Position numbers and translations under genes: made by a program. The notes below the pieces were generated by a model. The model saw nothing but the letters and a program-made list of their open reading frames with translations, made no database searches and was not told the origin of the DNA. A stretch of DNA of 64,000 nucleotides, from assembly GCF_009914755.1 (NCBI RefSeq), contig NC_060930.1. The stretch is one strand, 5' to 3'. Positions 1 to 15,149 of the stretch are shown one piece after another. Source of the stretch: the human T2T-CHM13v2.0 reference genome, Homo sapiens. Numbering within the stretch: the first letter of the stretch is position 1; each line of letters opens with the position of its first letter.

Positions 1-39
1 CTGCTCTATCCTGCTCAGTGAGTGGTTTTCATTTCTAGG

Positions 40-260
40 CCTGTTGGATTCATAGTCACAAGATGGCTGCTGCACCACAAGGCCCCACAACCACATTCCA
101 GGCTGGAAGAAAAGAGAAAGGTGAAGTAGCCGAATCCTCACACTAAGGCTTTGCCGTTTATTTCAGGAAGGGATGGCCTTCCCAGGGCCTTTTGCTCACA
201 TCTCATTGGTTGGAACTGTGTCATTAACCAGCCTCAGGTGTAAGAAAGGCTGGAAAGTCA
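40..260. mobile_element. Old MaLR/ERVL-type LTR fragment (family unresolved)
   Basis: Motifs AAGATGGCTGC..CACATTCCAGG and CACATCTCATTGG..GAACTGTGTCA resemble ancient MLT1-like LTRs (recall only). Confidence 0.35.
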
Positions 261-409
261 CGTTTGGCCTCTCTGCTTCAACAGAAAAGGAAAACAAAGC
301 AAAAGTAGGGAAATGGGTATTGATCAAACCTGTAACATCAGTTAGAAGGAGGCAGTATAATTTGGCATGCCGAGAGGGCCAGCTTCTAAGCAAGTAGCAT
401 CATTTCCCC

Positions 410-1502
410 TACTGGGGGAACTCGCCCCCAACATTTCAATGTAGGTTCTTTCTATTTTCCGTAAGTGTCGGCCAGCTGAGAAATAAAGAGAGACAATACA
501 AAGAGAGGAATTTTACAGCTGGGCCGCCAGGGGTGACATCACATATCGGTAGGACCGTGATGCCCGCCTGAGTCTCAGACCAGCAAGGTTTTATTAAGGG
601 TTTCAAAAGGGGAGGGAGTGTAAGAACAGGGAGTAGGTACAAAGATCACATGCTTCAAAGGACAAAAAGCAGAACCACTGATAAGGGTCTAACAAAGATC
701 ACATGCTTCTGAGGGAACAGGACAAAGGGCAAAAGCAGAACCACTGATAAGGGTCCAACAAAGATCACAAGGCAAAGGGCAAAGCAGAACCACCGATAAG
801 GGTCTATGTTCAGTGGTGCACATATTGTCTTGAAAAACATCTTAAACAACAGAAAACAGGGTTCAAGAGCAGAGAACCGGTCTGACCACAAATTTACCAG
901 AGCGGAGTTTTCCCAACCCTAGTAAGCCTGAGGGTTCTGCAGGAGACCAGGGCTTATCTCAGTCCTTATCTCAACTGCCCAAGACAGACATTCCCAGAGT
1001 GGCCATTTATAGACCTCCTCCCAGGAACGCATTCCTTTCCCAGGGTATTAATATTAATATTCCTTGCTAGGAAAAGAATTTATCAATATCTCTTCTACTT
1101 GCATGTCCGTTTATAGGCTCTCTGCAAGAAGGAAAATATGGCTCTTTTTGCCTGACCCTGCAGGCAGTCAGAGCTTACGGTTGTCTTCACTTGTTCCATA
1201 AAAATCGCTGCTATTCTGTTCTTTTTCAAGGTGCACTGATTTCATATTGTTCAAACACGCATGTTTTACAATCAATTTGTACAGTTAACACAATTATCAC
1301 AGTGGTCCTGAGGTGATGTACATCCTCAGCTTACTAAGATAACAAGATTAAGAGATTAAAGTAAAGACAGGCATAAGAAATTATAAAAGTATTATTTGGG
1401 AACTGATAAATGTCCATATTAAGATGAAATCTTCACAATTTACGTTCCTCTGCTGCGGCTTCAGCTGGTCCCTCCATTTGGGGTCCCTGACTTCCTGCAA
1501 CT
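410..1502 (-). mobile_element. MER11 solo LTR (HERV-K HML-8 group)
   Basis: Reverse complement starts GTTGCAGGAAGTCAGGGACCCCAAATGGAGGGACC, like the MER11 5' end. Perfect 6-bp TSD TTCCCC at 404-409 and 1503-1508. Internal ~50-bp tandem units at 640-805. Confidence 0.9.
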
Positions 1503-1689
1503 TTCCCCACCCTAGGAACGTAAGGACTAGAGCTGCAACATATGGGAACATACGTAAGTGTTCTGCTTCCAGCCAGGCTCTTGAGAGGGGAAAAGGCTCT
1601 CTGCCCCTTTTTGCTTTTCACTATCACTTATCAAGGGACTGTTATGTAACTAGGACTGAACAGCTGAATAACATTGATGCAGTCATTGA

Positions 1690-2620
1690 CTTCAAAGGTG
1701 GAGGAACATATGCTTGTCAAACTGTATATTACATCCATAGAGATACGCATGTGATGCTGTGGGAAAATACAGAAGAGGGGGCCTCTGGCTCAGACTGGGA
1801 AATCAGGGAAGGCTGCCCAAAGGAGGTGACACTGGAGCTATGTTTGGAAAGATGGCAAAGATCTGGGACGGTAAACAAGGGGGTGGAAAAATATTACAAG
1901 TAGAGGTAACATGTGCAAAGACCCGGAAGTAAGGAGACCATGCAGGTGATTCAAAGAATTCTGAAAAGTTTATTAGGACTGGAGCTTAGGGTTTATGTTG
2001 GGGTCTAATGAGAAAGAGGACTAGAAAAATAGGCTGAAGCAGGCTTGAGGTTGCCTTGTTTGCCAAACCAACAAATGTATATGGCACCAAATGTATATGG
2101 CAGGACTTCAAGTCAGGGAACAATGTGATTAAACTCACATTTAAAATTACTTTAGTGGGCAATGTAAAAGCTAGACCAGAGGAAGGGAAGATGAGATCAG
2201 AGGCAGAGTGATTAGAAGGTAACTGGGAGAACTGGGGAGGAAGGCTGAGCATCTGAACCATCGTGGTGTTGGAGGCTGTCGCATCTAGAGGAGATTTGGG
2301 AGATGCTGAAGAGGTCAAATCAATGGGACTTGATAAGTGATTGGATATACATGTTCATGAGAATTCAGGAATGACACCATGTTTCTGGCTCAGGCAACTG
2401 GGTTGATGTGCTGCCTCGTGATATCAAAGGGATTACTGAAGAAGAACAAAGTAATTTTTGAGGAAGTATTGACTTTGGGCAAGTTGAGTTTGAAGTGCTT
2501 GTAGAATGTGTAAATGAGTATGTCTGGTAGGCAGCTTGGAGATACAAGTCAGGAGAGTGGTCTGGCAGGAGATACGGATTTACCATCTGCAAATAGATGA
2601 TGGTTGAAGTCTCTGAAATG
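1690..2620 (-). mobile_element. L2 LINE fragment
   Basis: L2-type motifs AATCAGGGAAGGCT..GGAGGTGACA, TTTCTGGCT..GGCAACTGGG and GTTGAGTTTGAAGTGC. Confidence 0.7.
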
Positions 2621-2684
2621 AGTATGCACACCACACCCCACCCCCAGGGGAATTGTTTCAGAGTCATCACAACCTCAAAGCCTC

Positions 2685-3053
2685 CCTTCCCCTCACCTCC
2701 CCTCCCCTCCCCTCCCCGCCCCTTCCCTTCCCTTCCTCTCCTTTCCTTTCTTTTTTTTTCTTCTCTTTTCTTTGAGACGGAGTCTTTCTCTTTTCCCCAG
2801 GCTGGAGTGCAGTTGTGTGATCTCAGCTCACTGCAACCTCCGCCACCTGGGTTCAAGCAATTCTCTGCCTCAGCCTCCCAAGTAGCTGGGACACAGGCAC
2901 CCACCACAACGCCCGGCTAATTTTTGTATTTTTTGTAGAGACGGGTTTTTGCTATGTTGGCCAGGTTGGTCTCAAACTCCTGACTTCAAGTGATCCACCC
3001 CCATCGGCCACCCAAAGTGCTGGGATTATAGGCATGAGCCATGGCATCTGGCC
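2685..3053 (-). mobile_element. Alu with (CCCCT)n/(CTTT)n expanded tail
   Basis: Antisense Alu body GAGACGGAGT..CCCAAAGTGCTGGGATTATAGGC preceded by a pyrimidine microsatellite. Confidence 0.95.
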
Positions 3054-3222
3054 AAAGCCACCTTTTTGAGGCATCACTTATCAAGAAATATTTAAGGAAA
3101 TGAATGTGTTAATTATGTCTTAATAAAACAACCATAAAGTTAATCTATATGAATGGTACCAATCAAATTAGAAGAAAATTTACATTTTAAATAAGAGTAA
3201 TTAAGAACTCAAAGTCACTCGG

Positions 3223-3660
3223 TGTGGTAGGCAGCCTCCAGGGTGGTTCTCAGTATTATTCTGCTTCTTGATATTCATGTCCCGTGCATGCTTCTCCATC
3301 TTCTAGGGACTGCCTGTGTGACTAATAGCATATGGCAGAAGTGAGAGTACATCACTTGGGTCATTTACTCTGTGGGAAGAGAGCTGCCACGGCACGAGCA
3401 GCCCCTTGGAGAGGCCTACACAGTGAGGAACTGAGGCTTCCTCCTGACAGCCCTGTGAGTGCGCCATTTTGAAGGTAGAGCATCCGGCCCAGGCAGGCCT
3501 TGAGCTGACTGCAGCCCCTGCCAAAATCTGAACTGCAGCTTGGCCAGACATCCTGGCCAGAACCACCCAGTTAAAATGCCCCTGATAAGACTCAAACACT
3601 ATGTCGGATAATAATGTTTACTGCTTTAAGCCACCAACCATGCAACTAAAGATAATTAAT
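3223..3660 (+). mobile_element. MLT1-family MaLR LTR (MLT1F/G/H-like)
   Basis: TGTGGTAGGCAGCCTC start, GAGGAACTGAGGC, GACTGCAGCCCC..CAGAACCACCCAG and TGCTTTAAGCCAC. Confidence 0.7.
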
Positions 3661-3829
3661 AAAAGAGGACATAATAATTTGTATAAAATAATTATGTCTT
3701 GTTTTCATGGAAATAAAATTCTTTATGATGATTTCAATACTTACTTGCATTAGTATTTTATTTTCTATAGAAACAATTCTAGATTTTACAACCTTTCTTT
3801 TGACATAGTAGACCTTAAGTAGGTTTTAA

Positions 3830-4216
<387 letters not shown>

Positions 4217-5714
4217 TAAAGTAATGTATAGTAATAAGCTGCTGAATTTTAATACACATTAAAATTTTGCAATTATTACAATTTCATAATTAAAATAAAT
4301 TATTGCTATAAAATAATTAGCCTAGCATTACTTATTAATTTCTAATTTATTTCCATATAATAGTTATTACTTTGAATTATTCTTGGTAAATACTATTAGT
4401 GGTTATATTATGATTGTAGATTTAAAATGTGAACTCAGCAATGCCATCTGATACAATAAAATGACAAATGATATGAACTGCAATATAAAATAGCAAATGT
4501 AACCAGCACACTAATATCAAAAAGCAATTTATTAGTAATTTTATGGCAATTGCTGATTAGCCCATCACTCGTGAAAGGAGCAACTCATTTAGAAACTCAG
4601 GTTATTTTAGTTATTGCTAGATCAACAAGGTTTTCTTTTTAAAATAAGTTAAAGTGGCATTGTTTATATCTATCCTGTTAGAACAAGGCACTTTACTTCC
4701 ATTTGCTGGAAAAATTTTCTACTGGATGTACACATTCTTATCTTTGGAGGAAAAAAAGGCAAAAAAAAAAAATCACCCACCAAACCCCACAAAGAAATAA
4801 AGACACCTCTGATGTGAATGGCATGTGGTGATCTCATGAAATACACAACCTAAACGCATGTACATGGCCGCCCTGAGTGTGCAGGCTGAGAAAAGGTAGC
4901 AGACTGGGATACACTGCCTTTTAATCTGAGGAAGAAATGAGAATGACCAGTGGGATGCTGCCAGAGTCCTCCAGAGTTGGAGTCTTGAGTATAACTCTCT
5001 GGGTTATTTTCCCTCCCTCCCTAAGGCAGCTACAAAATTAGAAGAATCTGCTAGCCTTGCTTTAACCAAATTCTTTAAGGGAATCACTTGAGTGTCTGCG
5101 GTAAGAAAACACTGCACTGTAGACATCTCTGAGCTCAGGGTGCACCCAATGAGAAACAGCACTTTGAGGAGCTGAGCAGAGCGCTTCGGGGTCAGCAGGT
5201 TTACTGTCATCTGCAGAGCTTGCAGCGGGCTTGAAGAAGTACCACATGCAGGCCCACCCGACAGCCAAGGAAGGGTCCTGTTAGTTAGGAAAAGGTGCCC
5301 ACTGATGCCAGCCCCTTGGAGACACTTGGGTAAGTGGATGAGAGCATCCTGTGGGACCCTGTTACAGCCCTGCCCAGTGAGTTATTTGGGAAAGCAATTT
5401 GTGGGGATGAGTTCAGAGCTGGGGAGAAGGAGGAGAACATATTCTGAAGTATAATGAACAGGACTTCCCCTCTCCTTTTTGTCTTTTTTCTTTGGGGCAT
5501 TTCTTGAAACGAAATCCCCTAGGAAATGGAAACTTAGAATGCAGAGTTTGTGCAGCCCAAAGTGGAAACATCTTTTCCCAGAAAAAGTTTACCAAGCTAA
5601 ACGACATTCAGGAGGTGATTTTCACACATATGAGGGTTTGGGTCTGGGGACTTGAGGGCTTGGCGTGGAAGAGCTTGGTGACATATACTCTCTTCGAATG
5701 AGTGAGCATGTGTG

Positions 5715-6163
5715 ATAGCAAAGACTTGGAACCAACCCAAATGCCCATCAATGATAGACTGAATAAAGAAAATATGGCACATGTACACTGTGGAATACTA
5801 CGCAGCCATAAAAAGTATGACATTATGTCCTTTGCAGGGACATGGATAAAGCTGGAAGCCATCATTCTCAGCAAACTAACACAGGTACAGAAAACCAAAC
5901 ATCTCATGTTCTCACTCATAAGTGAGAGTTGAACAATGAGAACACATGGACACAGGGAGGGGAACATCACACACTGGGGCTGTAGGGGGTTGGGGGGCAA
6001 GGGGAGGGAGAGCTTTAGGACAAATACCTAATGCATGCAGGGCTTAAAACCTAGATGACGGGTTGATGGGTGCAGCAAACCACCATGGCACATGTATACC
6101 TATGTAACAAACCTGCACATTCTGTACATGTATCCCAGAACTTAAAGTAAAAAAAAAAAAAAG
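5715..6163 (+). mobile_element. 5'-truncated L1PA 3' end
   Basis: L1 ORF2 end and 3'UTR (GGAACCAACCCAAATGCCC..CCCAGAACTTAAAGTA) plus poly(A). 5' TSD candidate GAATGAGTGAGCATGTGTG at 5696-5714. Confidence 0.95.
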
Positions 6164-6178
6164 AAAGAATGAATGAAT

Positions 6179-7230
6179 GAGAACTGTTGAGTGAGCAACA
6201 TAGCTACTTTAAAGCATTTGAGTATATTTATCATAACATTGAGTGATACATGTGCAAAAATATAACCAAAATAGAACTTTTTGGTTACAACAGAATCAAT
6301 TAATTAAGAAACAAAATTTGCAATAATCATACCACTGCTGATTCCTATAAATGTAATATATCTTAGGATTCACATAATCCAGTTCTAGGATTCAAAGAAA
6401 AAAAGAACACCACAAAAGTCACTGAAAATAGTTCCAAATGTTATTTTTATAGTTCCAAGACCAATGAGGAGGTTCCAAGACCAATGAGGAGGCTCCATTG
6501 CCCCTTCTTCCTACTTCTTTCAAATTCCTCAGTGGCCACCGCACCTCTGAGCCTCTTCTCACTCTCACTTCCCTCCTGAAACTCTCCCAGACACCATTCC
6601 CTTCCAAGGTGCCTCTCTTTCTTTCTTATCTCCTTTTCTAGAACTTCCTTCCTCCTGGTCAAACCCTAATCTCCACTAAACTCCTTGGTAAAGAGTATCC
6701 TTCTTGCATGAGAATTTCCTGGTGAAAAAAATTATTCACCTCCTTATACAACAACAGAGTAATAAAAACTTAACATTCTTTACTTTAAAAAATGCCGTTG
6801 ACTAATTTGATTATTTTGTTCAAAAATGTTTGTGTTGCAGCCATAAAAAAGAATGAGTTCATGTCCTTTGCAGAGACATGGATGAATCTGGAAACCATCA
6901 TTCTCAGCAAACTAACACAGGAACAGAAAACCAAACACAGCATGTTCTCACTCATAAGTGGGAGTTGAACATTGAGAACACATGGACACAGGGAGGGGAA
7001 CATCAAACACCCCGGCCTGTTGGGGGTTGGGGGCAAGGGGAGGGAGAGCATTAGGACAAACACCTAATGCATTCAGGGCTTAAAACCTAGATGATGGGTT
7101 GATGGGTGCAGGAAACCACCATGGCACTTGTATACCTATGTAACAAACCTGCACATTCTGCACATGTATCCCAGAACTTAAAGTAAAAAAAAAAAAAAAG
7201 AAGAAGAAAGAAAGAAAGAAAAAGAATAAA
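6179..7230 (+). other. Retroposed duplicate of 36240-37270 (inverted relative to it), ending in an L1 3' end (6836-7200) and poly(A)
   Basis: Colinear similarity to the reverse complement of 36240-37270. Ends in an A-rich tail. Flanked by GAATGAAT repeats at 6171-6178 and 7232-7239. Confidence 0.85.
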
Positions 7231-8792
7231 AGAATGAATATGTGTGAATAGCTCCTACCCACAGAGAGCACTTCGAGGGAGAAATGCATGGGGGAACTCC
7301 TAGTGCAGGATGGCTGAGTTAAGTGACTTAGCAACATTCAATACCTAAGGGAAATTGGATGAAGGCTTGTGATTGGTTTAAGATTGATAGGAATATTTTC
7401 AGGTCACTTTTGTCATTTTCCCTGTATATCCCAGCCCTGGAGGTATCAGGTGTTTGACAAAATTCAAGGGACTCATGGATTTAGAGCTAGACTTAATTGT
7501 GGTCCTTTGAAGGTAAGAATGATGTAGCGATTTGTGTATCAGATGGCTTTTGTGTACCCCCCTCATATCCTTTCAGGCTTGACTCTGATTGTAGTCAGGG
7601 CTGGAGCAAATTGTTCTGTGTGGGCTTTGACTCATTTCTTGCTGACAGCATCTTACCTCAAGCACCAACTGTATATACCTTTTATGTTCTGCCCCAGGTT
7701 TCTCCAATCAATGGTATGGGATGACAGTGAATGTTTGCTCTGCATGCATGAGTGTGAAACCTACTAGACGGAAGGAGCGAGGCTTCTTGCATCACCATGC
7801 GGAAAGCTGCCTACTGAACAGTGCATGATTGGTCCATGACATGAGTGAGAAACACACCCCTCATATATGAGACCACCGAGATTTGGAGGTTATTTGTATA
7901 CATATTAGCCTACCTTGACTAATACACCACTGTACAGCTCCAGGGGGAGCCATGCACATAACTAGGATGTGAATGGTGGCCCTTCAGAGCTACACAGTAC
8001 ATAGCCTGCATGGCTGCACAGTAGCCCTACTTGCCTTTCCAAGAGAGAAGCCAGAAACACACTTTCCCAGTATCCCTTGCAATTGGATATGTGACCTAAC
8101 CTCTGCCCTGCAAATATAGACACGTGCCAGAGTGAGGCTTTGGGAAACAATGTGAAGGCAAGCACCATTTTCCTGGTAATGATGATGGTGGAGGCATCGA
8201 GTTTCAGGGGAGGCAGTAAGAGCAGTTTTGGCATCTAATGCACAGCACCAGGTATGATCCCCAGGGCCTTTGCTGGTGTAGTGCTGTCATATGGTAGTAC
8301 ATTGGGCATTTTTCCTGGTTCTGTACTCTCCAAGCCTGATTGATTCTCCTGCAAATTCTGTGACTTACGTAAGTGTCTTTACTAAATTAAATTTCTGCTT
8401 AACTAGCTAAATTGCTGTACTATTTAGGATGTAGGTTCAATATCTAAAACCACAAGCTCTACAGATAAGATTGAGATCTTTTCTTTCTCATGTAACCATA
8501 CAAGGTTGATATGGTGGCTCCACAGTGTTGGCAAACCCACTGACTCACCAATCTTAGACAGTTGTCATTATCTGTCAACATGGGTCACCAACATTCTGGC
8601 ATTCTACTCAGTCAGAAAAAGAAAGGGAAGATATGCCTTTTCCCTTTAAGAACATGACCTGGATGTTGAACACATCGCTTCCCTTACATCCTCCATTGGC
8701 TAGAACATAGTTATATGGCCAAACCTAGTGCAAGAGCATCTGGGAAATGAAGTGTGAAAGTTGTCAGAATCAAAATGGAGTCACTAATGTTA

Positions 8793-9038
<246 letters not shown>

Positions 9039-9187
9039 TCAACTGATAAGGAAAAAGACTACAAAAACCACAACCTTGGACAAAGGACTTTGCAACCTCA
9101 TACAAAAAATACTTCTCCAAGGACATCTGCCCAGCAGCTACCTGTCCAACCTCAGACTGGCATTACCCTTGCAATTGATCATTGTAG

Positions 9188-9872
<685 letters not shown>

Positions 9873-11777
9873 AACACCTATGTCTTCCTTTGCCTCCCTC
9901 AATATGCACATGGTTTACGATGGCATGCATATTCCCATTGCAATGCTCTATTCCCAGATAAACATCATTTCCTTTTAGAGCCTCACTCTGTTTGTTATTG
10001 AGGTTAACGTTACTTTCAATGTTCAGAAATCTTTGTTGGCTTCCAGAAATAGCATATGCAAAGGATCTGAGGTAAGGAAGAATATGAAATGCTGGGTAAT
10101 GGCAAGTAGTTTGGTGTGACTGCAGCTTATGGTGGAGTGGGAGGCCTACTGGTGAAAGGTGAGGCCAGAGATGCAGCAGTGCCTATATGCCAAGATAAGG
10201 AGTTTAGACTTTATCATGGCTATGTTTTAGGCAAAGACAAGAGACGATTAGTTTGCATTTTAGAAAGGTCATTGTATTTGCATTTGCCTAAGTTCTTGCA
10301 CAAAAGAGAAGCTGACTCTGGCTGATTAGGCAGAAATAGAGTTAATTAAAATACCATTGCATCATGGAATTATTAGGAACTTGGTCTGAAGTTCAGTTTC
10401 CAGGAACAGTGTCCCAAACCATGTGGCAGACCTGATTTGATGAGAAAGCTGTCCTTCCACTGTCACTATCGTCATGGAGCATTAGTTGCTATAGTTTGCA
10501 CTGCTGCCAGCAAGTCAGCACAACTGAAATTTCCACAAACTCCAGCCACTGCAGCCATTTCTGCACCTTAGGAATCCAAGTTTGCAGACACTGCTGCTTC
10601 TGAAGGCTGGATACCTTTACCACCAGCAAGGAGATTCTACGTGGATCCTCCTGCCTACCCTGGTCTACTGCTGAATCAGATTCTGATTTAGACGTCTGAT
10701 TGGTGGATCTTAGGTTACAAGGTGCCTGCGAAGAAGCCTTTTGGGTAGCATTTTCTGAGTTAACTCCCCAAACATAGAAAGGATGTTTCAAAGGTACCGG
10801 CTGGCTGAAAAACATGCTAAATGCCCAAGTCATAACTTTTTCACATGGTCTGGCTTTCCAGAAATACACTGTCTGGACCCAGACATTTATCTTGGTCTTG
10901 GACAAGAGGGAGAAGGTAGCAATTCTTTTTGCTAAGCGCAGGTGTTACTTGTCTTTCCAGTTCCACATTTTAAAAAAACAATCACAAGTTTTAACTGAAA
11001 TTTCATTGCCAGGCATTATGCCAGGTACTTTTATTACACTCCTCCTCAACTCTTTGCGCATCAACTCCCCACTATTAGACAGATGAGCAAACTGAGACTC
11101 AGAAAGTTTAAATGATTTAAAAAGGCCAGGGAACTTGGAAGTGAGGGAACCAGGATTCTAACCCAAGTTTCCTGACTTCAAGTCTTTTTCCATTATACTT
11201 TGTTGTGTATAAAACCCTAGAATTTTCTAAAATTAGAAAAAGATTTTAATAAGTTGTATGAACTTATTTATTTCCTTATTGCTGGTAAATGGGAACTCAT
11301 GGATTTGGCTTATATAAAAACGTCTTTCTTTTTAAGTGAGCACAAGGAGCCTTCTACTCATTCCATGAGGTGTTTTTTATGTTTTTTTTTTTTCCAGTTA
11401 TTCCAGGGCCCCTGGAAACCTCTAGGTACCATCTTTTCTTAGAGCAGATATAAACCCCCCTAGCATCCCTAGAGCTGACTAGGCCGTAACCCTCATGGCT
11501 GCTGTGGATGATGGGCCTAACTCATGGTAACTCATTGTTGGTGATAACTGGGCCTTTTGGGAGGTACAATTGTGAATGCAAATTTGGGATTTAGCGCCAA
11601 ACACTCTCCCACCCTCAAATGTTCATACCCTTATACTTATGAAAGGGTATTAAAGGTTTATACCCTTATACTTATGAAAAATAAGCATGATATAGTAAGT
11701 TTCTTATGATAAAAACAATTTATTAATTGCTTATCATACTGACATTTTGGCCTTCCCAGCTTGTTACTCTTGACATA

Positions 11778-12084
<307 letters not shown>

Positions 12085-12268
12085 TAATTTTTTTTAAAGA
12101 AAATCATTGTTTTAGTGTATAGTGAGTCCCTTTATTTAACTTTTAAAAAATGTTTTACTGATCTGTGAAAACTGAAAGATCATTTTACCTAAAGGAAGGC
12201 CTATTCTACTTGGAAATATTTGTGTATGTTTGCATGTGTGAGACAGACTTTTATATTGCCAGAAAAAG

Positions 12269-12271
<3 letters not shown>

Positions 12272-12308
<37 letters not shown>
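12272..12308. repeat. (CA)n microsatellite
   Basis: About 18 CA units seen directly. Confidence 0.95.
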
Positions 12309-12312
<4 letters not shown>

Positions 12313-12460
12313 TTCCTTAGTGAACAATACTGCAAACTATTTCTTTTAATCTTGATAATTTGACTGAAGCCGGGTCCAGAAATCTCACTGTTGCCTCCAA
12401 GGGCTGATCTGTTCCATTTCAAGGCGGCTGCCAAGGCGCCTGCCTATTGCTTCACTTTAG

Positions 12461-12899
<439 letters not shown>

Positions 12900-13642
12900 C
12901 AAAATATTTTTTAGCAGAGAGCTCAGATGACATCAGGCTGGAATATATTTCATGAGCGTGGCTTCCCCAGTCCCCAGTGTTCTCATGGGATATGTGCGAG
13001 GCTGAGTCATGAAATCCTGCCAAACCAGAGACAGGTTTTCGAGTCCTGGGAAGCTCTGGTGGGGATTTAGCAATCCCCTCTATCACCCCAAGCAAGTCAC
13101 CCTCAAAGGCTGGCACAGTTACCTTTTAGAATTGCAACCACATCATTTGGATCTAATATTTAGGTCCCAAGTACTATTTCTTATGATGCTATTAGTGCCA
13201 TTTTGCTATAGTGTTTCAAAGATTACATATTGTGAAAATGACGAGTCATCACACAACTGCATCTCACCCGCCTCAAGATGCCCTGTCTGAGATAAGTGCA
13301 ATAATTACCAGGCCAGGAGAAACCCAGCACAGCTGGCTTGCCAGGGCATACGCCCTCCACCCACAGTCCCACTTCTTTTCTCGACTTGACTCATCAGCTC
13401 CTCTAATACTGGGCTGGGATCAGACCAAGGAATCAATTCCTTGCTTATCTACCCAATATTGTTATGTTAAAAACTGCTGCTCTCTCTGGGTGAGAATAAA
13501 AGTATCTTCTGGGGATAAAGGTGACTGAAGTGGAATAGACGCGGCTCCAGGAGAATGTCATCTAGAGCACCATTGATTGTAGGTAGCATCCTGGTCTTTG
13601 AGGAGTTATCCGACCCTGTATATAACCTGCTGAGTCTGTGGG

Positions 13643-14204
13643 TGTGCAGGAAAGAGTTAACAAAACAGCCCCAAACTGCTATCCTTGAAAAGGTCTGCTT
13701 GCCAGGCTGGCCCTTGGCTGGTATCTGAGAACTCAGTCTTTAGGAGGGTTCCCACTGTTAACTGATAGGAGTGGCTTAATGTGCCTAAGCTGTTTGTAGA
13801 TACAATATGGTTTATGACAAATATCTGCTTTGCTTCTGGGAGTCTGGAATTTCAGTACATGTCCCGCAGAGGCTGTCTACATGACCAGTACCCCTCGCAA
13901 AAAACTATGAGCATTGAGTCTCTAATGAGCTTCCCTGGTGGGCACTATTTCACACCTGTGGTCACAACTCATTGCTGAGGGAATGAACATATTCTATGCG
14001 ATTCTAATAGGAGATGATCTGGAAGCTTCTGCCTGGTTCCCCCCATGTCTCACCCCATGCACCTCCCTTTGCTGATGGCGCTTGGCATCCTTTTGCCCTA
14101 ATAAATCATAGCCATGAGTATGTTTATATTTATATGCTGAGTCCTGTGAGTTCTCCTAGTGAATTACTGAAACCGAGGGTGATCTTGGGGACTTCTCACG
14201 CACA
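13643..14204 (+). mobile_element. MER68-like ERVL LTR
   Basis: TGTGCAGGAAAGAGTTAAC..CTGCTATCCTT..GGCCCTTGGCTGG start. AATAAA and GGTGATCTTGGGGAC..ACA end. Confidence 0.7.
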
Positions 14205-14749
14205 GGGCAATAAAAACTCCTCAACAGCAATGTAATGTCTGCCACATATGCAATGACTTAAAACCTATCTATCCTATAGAATGCAAGCTCCATGAGTTCA
14301 GGGGCTATGTTCTGTTCATCACTATCTTTAGTACGTAGTACAGTGCGTATAACACAAATGGTATTGGCTACCTTTTCTGAAGAACTGACTGACTAAACAG
14401 GATGGGAGGAGCAGGTTCTTAGCCAATGAACTGTGGGCAACTATATGCTATGGGTTTGAGCCCAAATTTGACTTCATTTTTGATCATGTAGATAAACGAC
14501 CCAGATTGTGGGACAATATTTTAGGCTAAGTACCGCATCATACATGGTGCAGCCATCCCTGGCATAGGCCTGGTTCATATTTGTATGTTATGAAATATGA
14601 TCCTGCCTATTTTCATTCACCTATAGTTCCCCCGTGTACTGGGTTAGAATAGTACCTCCCCTAAGTTCATGTCCTCTTGGAACCTCTGAATGTGACCTTA
14701 TTTGAAAATAGAATCTTTACAGATATAATGAGTTAAAATGAGGTTAAAC

Positions 14750-15048
14750 TGGGTAGGTGCGGTGGCTCATACCTGTAATCCCAGCACTTTGGGATGCCAA
14801 AGCGGGTGGATCACCTGAGGTCAGGAGTTCGAGACCAGCCTGGCCAACATGGAGAAACCCTGTCTGTACTAAAAATACAAAAATTAGCTGGGCGTGGTGG
14901 TGGGTGCCTGTAATCCCAACTACTCCGGAGGCTGAGGCAAGAGAACCCCTTGAACCCATGAGGCAGAGGTTGGAGTAGACGAGATCGCACCGCTGCACTC
15001 CAGCCTGCCTGGGTGACAGACTGAGACTACATCTCAAAAAAAAAAAAA
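14750..15048 (+). mobile_element. AluS
   Basis: Full sense Alu with TSD AGGTTAAACTGG. Confidence 0.95.
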
Positions 15049-15149
15049 GGTTAAACTGGATTAGGATGGGCCATAATCCAATGATTGGTTTCTTTTTAAG
15101 AAAAGACAGATGCAGGCAGACACAGAGAGGAGGCAATGTGAAGAGTCAT

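Noticed and set aside
1424-1903. 159-aa ORF
   Set aside because: Runs across the MER11 end into L2-derived sequence, with no recognisable domain
2365-2920. 180-aa and 107-aa ORFs, and the many similar Alu ORFs elsewhere
   Set aside because: Translations are typical Alu and microsatellite read-through peptides
5715-7200. Two L1 3' ends as a simple tandem duplication or L1 3' transduction
   Set aside because: The two L1 pieces have different 5' truncation points. The second matches the 36.2-36.6 kb L1 together with that locus's upstream flank
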